A stretch of 64,000 nt of DNA from an uncultured delta proteobacterium (lineage in GTDB: Bacteria > Myxococcota > Myxococcia > SLRQ01), in the NCBI GenBank assembly GCA_963727485.1, contig CAVSGM010000002.1, positions 1,376,001 through 1,440,000 on the forward strand. The letters are read 5' to 3'. Positions within the stretch are counted from its first letter, which is position 1. Every line of letters starts with the position of its first letter. Below are positions 34,987 through 43,388 of the stretch, piece after piece. The notes below the pieces were generated by a model. That model was not told the origin of the DNA, made no database searches, and saw nothing but the letters and a program-made list of their open reading frames with translations. The translations under genes were made by a program, and so were the position numbers.

Positions 34987-35628
34987 TCAGACGCGGACCA
35001 AACCCCGGGAGAGCGCCACCGCCGCCGCCTCGGTCTTCGAGCCCACCTCGAGCTTCTTGTAGATGCTCTTCACGTGGCTCTGCACCGTGCCCAGGCCGAT
35101 GCCCAGGCGCTGGGCGACCACCGCGTAGGTCTCGCCCCGGGCGAGGCGCTCGAGGACCTCGGCCTCCCGTCGGGTGAGGTCCTCGAGGGGCGCCGCCGGC
35201 GCGGCGGTGCCCAGGGCGTCGAGGACGGTCCGGGCGATGCGGGGGGTCAGGGGCGCGCCGCCGACCGCGGCCTCGCGGATGGCGGCGAGGAGGCGGTCCG
35301 GGGGCGTGCCCTTGAGCAGGTAGCCCCGGGCGCCGGCGCGGATGGCGTCGACGATGGCCGCCGGGTCGTCCTCGACGGTGAAGGCGACCAGGCAGGCGCC
35401 GGGCCGCAGGCGCCGCAGCTCGGAGAGGACCCGGGTGCCCGGGACGTCCGGGAGGCCGAGGTCGACGAGGGCCACGTCGAACTCGCCCCCCGCCGCCACG
35501 AAGTCCATGGCCTCGCCTCCGGTGGCGAACGCCCCGGCGAGGCCCAGGCCCTCGCTGCTCCAGCTCACCAGGCGGGTGAGGCTGGTGCGCACGCTGCGGC
35601 TGTCGTCGACGATCAGGACCGAGGTCAT
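34987..35628 (-). CDS. NarL/LuxR-family response regulator (no cognate kinase adjacent)
   Basis: LIVDD, ALVDLGLPD, AGARGYLLK, LTRRE.EVL..LARG, TVQSHVKSIYKKL. Confidence 0.9.
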   Translation of the reverse strand: MTSVLIVDDSRSVRTSLTRLVSWSSEGLGLAGAFATGGEAMDFVAAGGEFDVALVDLGLPDVPGTRVLSELRRLRPGACLVAFTVEDDPAAIVDAIRAGARGYLLKGTPPDRLLAAIREAAVGGAPLTPRIARTVLDALGTAAPAAPLEDLTRREAEVLERLARGETYAVVAQRLGIGLGTVQSHVKSIYKKLEVGSKTEAAAVALSRGLVRV

Positions 35629-35737
35629 GGCTTCCCCCTGGAGCGCCTGCCGCGACGACGGATCGCGGCCGTCGTCGGAGTAGCGCATCGGGGGCGAGGT
35701 GGGAAGGGTCGCGGGGGCGCGGCCCGGCGCCAGGCCC

Positions 35738-37096
35738 TCAGCCGATGGTCTTCTCCAGGGTCTCCACCGCCTGGCGCAACGAGAGGTCGGTGCGCAGCAG
35801 CCGGTCGATCTTCTTGCAGGCGCTCATCACCGTGGAGTGGTCCTTGCCCCCGAAGCTCTTGCCGATGTCGGGGAAGGAGAGGTCGGTGAGCTTGCGGGTC
35901 AGGTACATGGCGACCTGCCGCGGCAGGGCCACCTGCTTGTGGCGCCGGTGGCTGCGCAGGTCGGCGACCCGGACGTTGTAGAAGCTCGCCACGGTGCGCA
36001 GGATGTGCTCCACGTCGGGCTTCTGCCCCTTGAGGGCCAGGACGTCCTTGAGCACCTCCCGGGCCAGCTCGATGGTGACCTCCTGGCCGGTGAGGGAGGC
36101 GAAGGCCTCGACGCGGATGAGCGAGCCCTCGAGCTCGCGGACGTTGCTCTTGATGTGGGTGGCGAGGAACATCGCCACGTCCTCGGGGAGCTCGATGCGG
36201 TCGAGCTGGGCCTTCTTCTCGAGGATGGCCACCCGGGTCTCGAGCTCGGGGGGCTGGACGTCGGCGATGAGGCCCCACTGGAAGCGGCTGGAGAGGCGCT
36301 CCTCGAGGCCGCCAATCTCGTTGGGGAACTTGTCGGAGGTGACGACAATCTGCCGCTTGGTCTCGTAGAGGTTGTTGAAGGTGTGGAAGAACTCCTCCTG
36401 GGTGCGGTCCTTGCCGGCGATGAACTGGATGTCGTCCATCAGCAGCACGTCGCACTGCTCCCGGTACTTCTGGCGCAGCGAGTCCATCTGGTTGTCCCGG
36501 ATGGAGACGATGACCTCGTTGGTGAAGGTCTCGGCGGAGAGCAGGAGGATGTGCCAGTCGGGGTGCTGGCGCTGGATCTGGAGGCCGATGGCGTTGAGGA
36601 GGTGGGTCTTGCCCAGGCCCACGCCCCCGAAGATGAACAGGGGGTTGTAGTTGGTGGCGGGGCGCTCGGCGACGGCCTTGCAGGCGGCGTAGGCGAACTG
36701 GTTGGAGGCGCCGCAGACGAAGGAGTCGAAGCTGTACTTCTCCGAGAGGCGCCGCAGGCCCCGGCCGCCGGCGGGGGTGGGGGCCGGGCGCCCCGCGGGG
36801 GCCGGGGGCGTGGGGGCGGGCCGGGGGCCGGGCGCCGGGGCGGCGGCGGCGACGCCGTCGGGGTCGACGATCACGTCCACGGCCAGGGGGTGGCCGGCGG
36901 TGGCGGTCACCTGCTCCTCGAGGAAGCCGTGGTAGTGGTCGATGACCCAGTCGCGGATGAACTTGCTGGGCAGGCCGAGGGTCAGCTTCTCCTCGGTCTC
37001 CTCGAGACAACGCATGGGCTCGAAGTAGGTCCGGAAGACGTGGTCGTTGAGCCTGGGTGCGATGGTCTCGAGGGTTCGGTGCCAGGTGGTGGTCAT
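35738..37096 (-). CDS. dnaA: Chromosomal replication initiator DnaA
   Basis: YNPLFIFGGVGLGKTHL, LLMDDIQF, QEEFFHTFN, RLSSRF.WGL, NVRELEG, RQVAMYL, GGKDHSTV. Confidence 0.98.
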   Translation of the reverse strand: MTTTWHRTLETIAPRLNDHVFRTYFEPMRCLEETEEKLTLGLPSKFIRDWVIDHYHGFLEEQVTATAGHPLAVDVIVDPDGVAAAAPAPGPRPAPTPPAPAGRPAPTPAGGRGLRRLSEKYSFDSFVCGASNQFAYAACKAVAERPATNYNPLFIFGGVGLGKTHLLNAIGLQIQRQHPDWHILLLSAETFTNEVIVSIRDNQMDSLRQKYREQCDVLLMDDIQFIAGKDRTQEEFFHTFNNLYETKRQIVVTSDKFPNEIGGLEERLSSRFQWGLIADVQPPELETRVAILEKKAQLDRIELPEDVAMFLATHIKSNVRELEGSLIRVEAFASLTGQEVTIELAREVLKDVLALKGQKPDVEHILRTVASFYNVRVADLRSHRRHKQVALPRQVAMYLTRKLTDLSFPDIGKSFGGKDHSTVMSACKKIDRLLRTDLSLRQAVETLEKTIG

Positions 37097-37125
37097 GGCT
37101 CGCCTCACCGGGTCGAGGCCGGGCG

Positions 37126-37156
37126 TTCTCCACAGGTCGCCCACAGCTGTGGACAG
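37126..37156. promoter_or_regulatory. DnaA-box cluster upstream of dnaA
   Basis: TTCTCCACA (37126), TCGCCCACA (37137), TGTGGACAG (37148). Confidence 0.65.
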
Positions 37157-37625
37157 GCCCATGGGCGCTCCAAGTGGTCGAAAAAGTTACACGAATCCCA
37201 ATGAAGCAGGAGCGAGTGGACCCGGCCCGTCGCCTGCCCGCGAAGTCCCGAGTGCGAGCGGCATGGGCCGGGGCCGCCGGGCCCCCCCTGCTGGGTGACG
37301 GCGAAGGTAGCAAGGCGGGAATCGAGCGATCAGAATCATTTTTGGCCGGGGTTCGTACCGCCCCGCGATCCTTGAAGGATCGGGGATCGCCCGATCGGGT
37401 GTCCCGCCCGCTGCCCCGGGACGGGTCGGCCCCCTGAGGTGACAAGTCCTCGACATCAAAGGGAAATTCCCGAAACGGCGCCCGCCGGGCCGGCCCCCGG
37501 GGGACCCAAGCGCCCGGATCCACGGGGGATCCGCCGACCGGTCGGGGCCCCTACCGGCCCGGGGGCGGCGCGGCGGGGCCCAGGCCGACCGGGCCGGGGC
37601 ACCGGGGGCGGCGGAGGACGCCTCC

Positions 37626-37671
37626 TTGACACCCCGGCCGCCGTGTGGATACTCACCGACCTTTCTCCACA
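37626..37671 (+). promoter_or_regulatory. rpmH promoter overlapped by DnaA boxes
   Basis: TTGACA-N16-GATACT; box TGTGGATAC (37644-37652) covers the -10; box TTCTCCACA at 37663-37671. Confidence 0.6.
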
Positions 37672-37707
37672 CCCCCCCTCACCGGCGGGGCCTCCGAGGA
37701 TGTCGTC

Positions 37708-37860
37708 ATGAAGCGGACTTACCAGCCGAGCCGGGTGAAGCGGAACCGGACCCACGGGTTTCGCAAGCGCATGTCCACCAAGGGTGGGCGGCTCGTCCTC
37801 AAGCGTCGTCGGCAGAAGGGCCGCAAGCGCCTCGCCGTGCGCACGGCCACCCGCAAGTAG
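37708..37860 (+). CDS. rpmH: 50S ribosomal protein L34
   Basis: [39 protein letters not shown]. Confidence 0.98.
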   Translation: MKRTYQPSRVKRNRTHGFRKRMSTKGGRLVLKRRRQKGRKRLAVRTATRK

Positions 37861-37881
37861 GTCGGCGGCCCCATCGACGCG

Positions 37882-38226
37882 GTGGCTCAGCGGCTGACCC
37901 GTGCCGAGCGGCTGCGTCGTCGCGGTGACTTCCTTAGAGTCCAGCGGCGGGGCCGGTCGGTGTCCCAGCCCCTCCTGGTGGTCGCCGTGTCAGAAAACGG
38001 GCTTGACCATCGACGTCTCGGGGTCACCGTCTCCTCCCGAATCGGAAACGCGGTCGCGCGCAACCGGGTCAAGCGCTGGCTGCGGCAACTCTACCGGAAG
38101 CACCGAAGCAGGCTGCCCGAAGGTGTCGACGTGGTCCTCATCGCTCGCCGGGGGAGCCCCGACGCCGGCTACCACCGGCTCGAGGACGCGTTCCTCACGT
38201 GCGCCGATCGCCTCCGGGGCGGTTGA
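37882..38226 (+). CDS. rnpA: Ribonuclease P protein component
   Basis: [27 protein letters not shown]; synteny. Confidence 0.95.
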   Translation: MAQRLTRAERLRRRGDFLRVQRRGRSVSQPLLVVAVSENGLDHRRLGVTVSSRIGNAVARNRVKRWLRQLYRKHRSRLPEGVDVVLIARRGSPDAGYHRLEDAFLTCADRLRGG

Positions 38227-38242
38227 CGCCGGGGTGCCCGCG

Positions 38243-38617
38243 GTGACCGGAACGGCCGAGGGATCCGGCGCCCACGGCCCCCACTGCGACCACGGGGCCC
38301 CCGAGCTCCCGGCCCCCCGGCCCCCCCGCCCCCGCGGCGGGCTTCTCGGTGCCCTCGCCGGCGCCGGCCGTCTCCTCGGCCGGGGCCTCGCCGCGGTGAT
38401 GCTGGCCCTCATCTGGGTCTACCGCCACGGGGTGTCGCCGTACCTGCCGCCCTCGTGCCGGTACCAGCCCACCTGCTCCAGCTACGCCGCCGAGGCCATC
38501 CGGGTCCACGGACCGTGGCATGGCGGCTGGCTCGCCGTCCGACGGATCGGCCGCTGCCACCCCTTCAGCGCCGGGGGCTACGACCCGGTGCCTCCCCCGC
38601 CGGAACAGAGAGGCTGA
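38243..38617 (+). CDS. yidD: Membrane protein insertion efficiency factor YidD (start uncertain)
   Basis: [22 protein letters not shown]...G.WL...[15 protein letters not shown]. Confidence 0.93.
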   Translation: MTGTAEGSGAHGPHCDHGAPELPAPRPPRPRGGLLGALAGAGRLLGRGLAAVMLALIWVYRHGVSPYLPPSCRYQPTCSSYAAEAIRVHGPWHGGWLAVRRIGRCHPFSAGGYDPVPPPPEQRG

Positions 38618-38624
38618 CCACGTC

Positions 38625-40448
38625 ATGGAGGACAGTCGTCGGGTCTTCATCGCCATCCTGGCCAGCCTGGCCATCCTGCTGGTGTGGCAGGAGCTGGGGC
38701 CGAGGCTCTTCCCCCAGTGGTTCCCCACCCCGCCGGTCCCCGGCGCCGTGGACGGGGGCACCCCGGGCCAGGCCGTGGCCGCGGCAGACGGAGGCGCGGC
38801 CGCCCAGGCCGCCGCCGCCCCCGACGGAGGGGCCGCCGCCCAGGTCGCCGTGACCGCCGGGGCCGACGGGGGCACCCCGGGCCAGGCCGCGGTCGCCGCC
38901 GGCACGCAGGCCAAGCCCGCCAAGCCCGCGCCTCCCAAGAACGTCCCCCCGGCCCAGCCGGCGAAGACCGTGGTGATCCACAACGACGTGGTCCGCGCCA
39001 CCTTCTCCACCCAGGGCGGGGCGGTGGCCCACTGGGTGCTCCTGGGCAAGCGCCTCACCGAGAACGTGCCCCCGGGGCACAAGGGCAAGGCCCCCCAGAT
39101 CGACCTGGTCCAGCTCGACCCCGGCCAGCCCCTGCCCTTCTCGACCACCTTCGCCGAGCTCCCCTGGCCCGCCGACGCCAGCTACACCGTCGCCGCCAGG
39201 ACCGACCACTCGGTGACCTTCCGGGCGAGCGCCGGCGGGATCACCGTGGAGAAGACCTTCACCCTCACCCCGGGCCGCTTCGACCTGGGCTTCTCCCTGA
39301 AGGCCACCGACGCCAGCGGCGCGGCGCGCAAGCTCACCCCCACCGTCCTCCTCGCCCGGAGCTTCACCCCGCCCAAGGTCAAGGGCGGGCTGCTCTCGCA
39401 CCTCTCCCGGAGCCTCCCCGACGTGGTCCAGGCGGCCTGCGCCGTCCAGGGCAAGCTCGAGACCCGGCACTACGACAAGGACAAGAGCCCCTACGCCCAC
39501 ACCGGCGAGGTGGACTGGACCGGCATCGACTCCCGGTACTTCCTCACCGCGGTGTTCCTGGGCAAGCCCGCCTTCGAGGGGGAGACCGATCCCGCCGGCA
39601 GCGCCACCTGCACCGCCGGCGCCCCCACCGAGCACCACTTCGAGTCGCGGCTCACCGCCCCGGCGCTCACCATCCCCGCCGGCGGCTCCGCCTCCCTGCG
39701 CCTCACCGGCTTCCTCGGCCCCAAGTTCCGCGGGCGCCTGACCGCCTACGGCCACCACCTCGACAAGTCGATCAGCTTCGGCTTCTTCACCCTCCTGGCG
39801 TTGCCGCTCCTGGGCCTGCTCACCTTCCTCCAGGGGCTGGTGGGCAACTGGGGCTGGGCGGTCATCCTCCTCACCGTCCTGGTGCGCCTGGCCCTCTTCC
39901 CGCTGACCGGCTGGTCCATGAAGTCCATGGAGAAGATGAAGCTGGTGCAGCCGAAGATCAAAGAGCTCAAGGACAAGTACGGCAAGGACCAGCAGCGCTT
40001 CCAGCAGGAGATGATGAAGCTCTACAAGGACGAGGGGGTGAACCCGCTCTCGGGCTGCCTGCCGATGATCCTCCAGCTGCCGCTGCTCTTCGCCCTCTAC
40101 GAGATGATCCTGCGGACCGCGGAGCTCTACCACGCGCCGTTCATCCTCGGCTGGCTCTCCGACCTCTCGGCGCCGGAGCCGGGGCTCATCAAGATCCTGC
40201 CCATCGCCATGGGCATCACCATGCTCATCACCCAGAAGATGCAGCCCCAGGCGACCACCGGCGACGACACCCAGGCGAAGATGCAGAAGGGCATGCTCTA
40301 CTTCATGCCCCCGTTCCTGGTGCTCATCAGCTACCAGCTCCCCAGCGGCGTGGTCCTCTACTGGTTCGTGTCGAACCTCCTGTCCATCTTCCAGCAGCTC
40401 TGGATCCGCCGGAAGCAGCAGCAGGCCGCGGCGGCGGCGGCGGCCTAG
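38625..40448 (+). CDS. yidC: Membrane protein insertase YidC
   Basis: GNWGWAVILLT.LVR, QPKIKELK.KY, LYK.EGVNPLSGCLP, W.SDLS, LPSGVVLYW..SN. Confidence 0.96.
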   Translation: MEDSRRVFIAILASLAILLVWQELGPRLFPQWFPTPPVPGAVDGGTPGQAVAAADGGAAAQAAAAPDGGAAAQVAVTAGADGGTPGQAAVAAGTQAKPAKPAPPKNVPPAQPAKTVVIHNDVVRATFSTQGGAVAHWVLLGKRLTENVPPGHKGKAPQIDLVQLDPGQPLPFSTTFAELPWPADASYTVAARTDHSVTFRASAGGITVEKTFTLTPGRFDLGFSLKATDASGAARKLTPTVLLARSFTPPKVKGGLLSHLSRSLPDVVQAACAVQGKLETRHYDKDKSPYAHTGEVDWTGIDSRYFLTAVFLGKPAFEGETDPAGSATCTAGAPTEHHFESRLTAPALTIPAGGSASLRLTGFLGPKFRGRLTAYGHHLDKSISFGFFTLLALPLLGLLTFLQGLVGNWGWAVILLTVLVRLALFPLTGWSMKSMEKMKLVQPKIKELKDKYGKDQQRFQQEMMKLYKDEGVNPLSGCLPMILQLPLLFALYEMILRTAELYHAPFILGWLSDLSAPEPGLIKILPIAMGITMLITQKMQPQATTGDDTQAKMQKGMLYFMPPFLVLISYQLPSGVVLYWFVSNLLSIFQQLWIRRKQQQAAAAAAA

Positions 40449-40458
40449 GCCCGGCGCG

Positions 40459-40683
40459 ATGGCCGACACCCCCCGGAAGCCGAGGAAGAACCCGGTCCTC
40501 ACCGCCGCGGTGCTCAAGGTGTCCCTGACCCTGCGCGGGGGCGACGCCCGGATCTTCGAGGAGATCTACCAGGGCGTGCTCCGGGACTTCGAGCTCACCG
40601 ACGCCGACGTCGAGGCCTACATCGACGCCCACCGGGACCAGGTCGAGCGCCTGGCCCGGGGCGAGCGGGATGGCGACGGCTAG
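40459..40683 (+). CDS. Small hypothetical protein
   Basis: 74 aa with host-like codon use, between yidC and mnmE and overlapping the mnmE start. Confidence 0.6.
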   Translation: MADTPRKPRKNPVLTAAVLKVSLTLRGGDARIFEEIYQGVLRDFELTDADVEAYIDAHRDQVERLARGERDGDG

Positions 40684-42049
40684 ACCGGCCCCGACCATCG
40701 CCGCCCTCGCCACCGCGGTGGGGCCGGCGGGGGTCAGCGTGGTGCGGGTGAGCGGGCCCGGGGCCCACGCGGTGGCCCGGCGCGTGTGCCCGGGGCTCCC
40801 GGACGAGGTGCCCTGGCGCCGGCTCACCCTGGCGCAGGTGGTCCACCCGGTCACCTTGGCCTTCGTCGACGAGGCGCTGGTGGTCCTCTTCGGCGCCGGG
40901 GCCTCGTTCACCGGGGAGCCGGTGGCCGAGGTCCACGGCCACGGGGGGGTGGCCCAGTCCCGCGCCCTCCTCGACGCGGTCCTCGCCGCCGGCGCCGAGC
41001 CCGCCGGCCCCGGCGCCTTCACCCGGAGGGCGGTGGCGAGCGGGCGCCTCGACCTCGCCCGGGCCGAGGGCCTCGCCGAGGTGGTCGCCGCCGGCCACGC
41101 CGCCGCCCTCTCCGCCGCGCGGTCCCTGCTCGGGGGCGCCCTCTCGGCGCGGGTCACGGCGCTGGTCGACCGGGTCGACGAGGTGACCGCCGAGGTGGAG
41201 GCGGTCCTCGACTTCCCCGAGGCGGTGACCCCGGAGGACGAGGCCGCCTGGCCGGCGCGCCTGGCCGCCCTCGCCGCCGAGGTCGACGCCCTCGCCGCCT
41301 CCTACGACCGGGGGCGGCGGCTGCGGGCCGGGGCCCGGGTGGTGCTCCTGGGCCCGGTGAACGCCGGGAAGAGCTCGCTGTTCAACGCCCTCGCCGGCCA
41401 CGACCGGGCCCTGGTCGATGCCGAGCCGGGGACCACCCGGGACCTGGTGGAGGCGACCGTGGCCCTCGGCGGGGCCGAGGCGGTCCTGGTCGACGGGGCC
41501 GGGCTCCGGGGGGGCGCCGGGCGGGTGGAGGCCGCGGGGATCGCCCGCATCGCCACCGCGGCCGCCGACGCCGACGGGGTGGTGGTGGTCGCGGACACGG
41601 CGGTGGCCCCTGGGGCAGACCTCGAGCGGGTCGCCGAGGCCGCCGCCGGGACCGCGCCGGTGGTGGTGGCGGCGAGCAAGGCGGATCTCGGCGGCGCCTT
41701 CCAGGATGCGGTGGCGCAGCGGTTCCCCGGCCGGCCGGTGGTGGCGGTCAGCAGCGTCACCGGCGCGGGCCTCGAGGCCTTGAGGTCGGCCCTCGCCGAG
41801 GCTCTGGACGCCCGGCCGGTGGCCGAGGGCGAGGTGGTGGTGAGCCTCGCCCGGCACCACGCGGCCCTGGTCGACGCCGGGGGCTGCCTCGAGGCCGCCG
41901 CCACGGTGCTCGCCGACGCGGGGCCCCTGGACGCCGCCGCCGAGGAGCTCCGGGGGGCCCGGGGCGCTCTGGCGGGGGTGATCGACCGGGGCGCGGTGGC
42001 CGAGGAGGTCCTGGACCGGATCTTCGCCCGGTTCTGCATCGGCAAGTAG
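40670..42049 (+). CDS. mnmE: tRNA modification GTPase MnmE
   Basis: TIAALAT, VRVSG, SFTGE..AEVHGHGG, GPVNAGKSS, GTTRD, C-terminal FCIGK. Confidence 0.93.
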   Translation: MATARPAPTIAALATAVGPAGVSVVRVSGPGAHAVARRVCPGLPDEVPWRRLTLAQVVHPVTLAFVDEALVVLFGAGASFTGEPVAEVHGHGGVAQSRALLDAVLAAGAEPAGPGAFTRRAVASGRLDLARAEGLAEVVAAGHAAALSAARSLLGGALSARVTALVDRVDEVTAEVEAVLDFPEAVTPEDEAAWPARLAALAAEVDALAASYDRGRRLRAGARVVLLGPVNAGKSSLFNALAGHDRALVDAEPGTTRDLVEATVALGGAEAVLVDGAGLRGGAGRVEAAGIARIATAAADADGVVVVADTAVAPGADLERVAEAAAGTAPVVVAASKADLGGAFQDAVAQRFPGRPVVAVSSVTGAGLEALRSALAEALDARPVAEGEVVVSLARHHAALVDAGGCLEAAATVLADAGPLDAAAEELRGARGALAGVIDRGAVAEEVLDRIFARFCIGK

Positions 42050-42054
42050 CCCGG

Positions 42055-43290
42055 CTACTGCACGGTCACCTGCACCAGGGACGGCGCCGAGGTCACCACC
42101 CCGTCGGAGACCACCAGGGAGAAGGTGAGGGTGCCGGCGGCGGTCGGGGCCACGAAGGTGGGGCTTTCGGTGGTGGCCGCGGCGAGCACCACCGGCGGGC
42201 CCCCGAGCTGGGTCCAGAGGAAGGTCAGCGCCTGGCCATCGGGATCCCCGGAGGCCGAGCCGTCGAGGGTCACCGGGTCCCCGGGGGCGACGGTCTGGTC
42301 GGGGCCGGCGTCGGCGAGGGGGGCGTGGTTCCCGGGGCCGGCGGTGACCGTGATGGCCACCGGCACCGGGGCGCCGGCGAGGGTGCCGTCGGTGGAGAGG
42401 AGCTCGAAGGCGAGGTGGGCGACCTGGTGGGGGGCGGTGAAGGCGGCGTGGGCCCCGGTGTCCGTGAGGGTCACCCGGGGCCCGGCGACCTGGCGCCAGG
42501 CGAGGGTCACCGGGTCGCCGTCGAAGTCGGCGGCGGTGCCCCCGAGGACCACCGGCTGCCCGGGGTCCACCGAGGCCGGGGCGGTGGCGGTGGCGATCGG
42601 GGCGTGGTCGGCGAGGGGCGGGGCGTCGACCCGGACCAGGAGGTCGTCGCGGGCGGTGAGGGTGCCGTCGCTGGCCTCGAGGCGGATGGGGACGATGGCC
42701 GGCGAGGCGGGGGCCTGGAACACGGCGGTGGGACCGGTGGCCAGCGGGCTCCCGTCGGCGCCGCGCCAGGTGAAGGTGAGGGGGTCGCCGTCGGGGTCGG
42801 TGCTCCGGCCGGCGTCGAGGTGGACCGCCCCGGTGGGGGCCACGGCGACGTCGGGGCCGGCGATGGCGAAGGGCGCCTGGTCGCCCCCGGAGAGGCGGAC
42901 CAGGACCCGGACCACGTCGGTGGCCTGGAGGCTCCCGTCCCGGGCGGTCAGGAGGAAGGTGAGGGCGCCGGGGGCGAGGGGGGCGGTGAAGCGGGTGAGG
43001 GGCGAGGCGGGATCCGAGAGGGTCACCGGGGGGCCGTCCACCTGGCTCCAGAGGACGTCGACGCTGGCGCCGCCGGTGGCGAAGGAGGCGCGGCCGTCGA
43101 GGAAGACCGCCGCGCCGGGGACGGCGACCTGGTCGCTGCCGGCGTTGGCGACCACCCCCTCGGGGGCGGCGGTGCCCCCGTCGGCGGTGGCCTGCCCGCC
43201 GCCGGGGTGGAAGCCGGGGAGGCTGGGCAGGTCGGTGCAGCCCGCGGCGAGGAGGAGGGCGGCGAGGGTGATGCGGGCCAGGGTGGACAT
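42055..43290 (-). CDS. Lipoprotein with tandem PKD/Ig-like repeats
   Basis: Lipobox LLAAGC; repeated A.AG.DQ.V.PG..V.LDG..S.DPDG..LTF.W.Q..GP.V.L units. Confidence 0.85.
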   Translation of the reverse strand: MSTLARITLAALLLAAGCTDLPSLPGFHPGGGQATADGGTAAPEGVVANAGSDQVAVPGAAVFLDGRASFATGGASVDVLWSQVDGPPVTLSDPASPLTRFTAPLAPGALTFLLTARDGSLQATDVVRVLVRLSGGDQAPFAIAGPDVAVAPTGAVHLDAGRSTDPDGDPLTFTWRGADGSPLATGPTAVFQAPASPAIVPIRLEASDGTLTARDDLLVRVDAPPLADHAPIATATAPASVDPGQPVVLGGTAADFDGDPVTLAWRQVAGPRVTLTDTGAHAAFTAPHQVAHLAFELLSTDGTLAGAPVPVAITVTAGPGNHAPLADAGPDQTVAPGDPVTLDGSASGDPDGQALTFLWTQLGGPPVVLAAATTESPTFVAPTAAGTLTFSLVVSDGVVTSAPSLVQVTVQ

Positions 43291-43388
43291 CTTGAGGATG
43301 GCGCCTTCGATCCCGAGCGGAGGGGCGGGTCGAGGATAGCACAGGCGACTTGCGGGTCGGCGACGGTCTCGGCTATGCCGGGCCGTGG

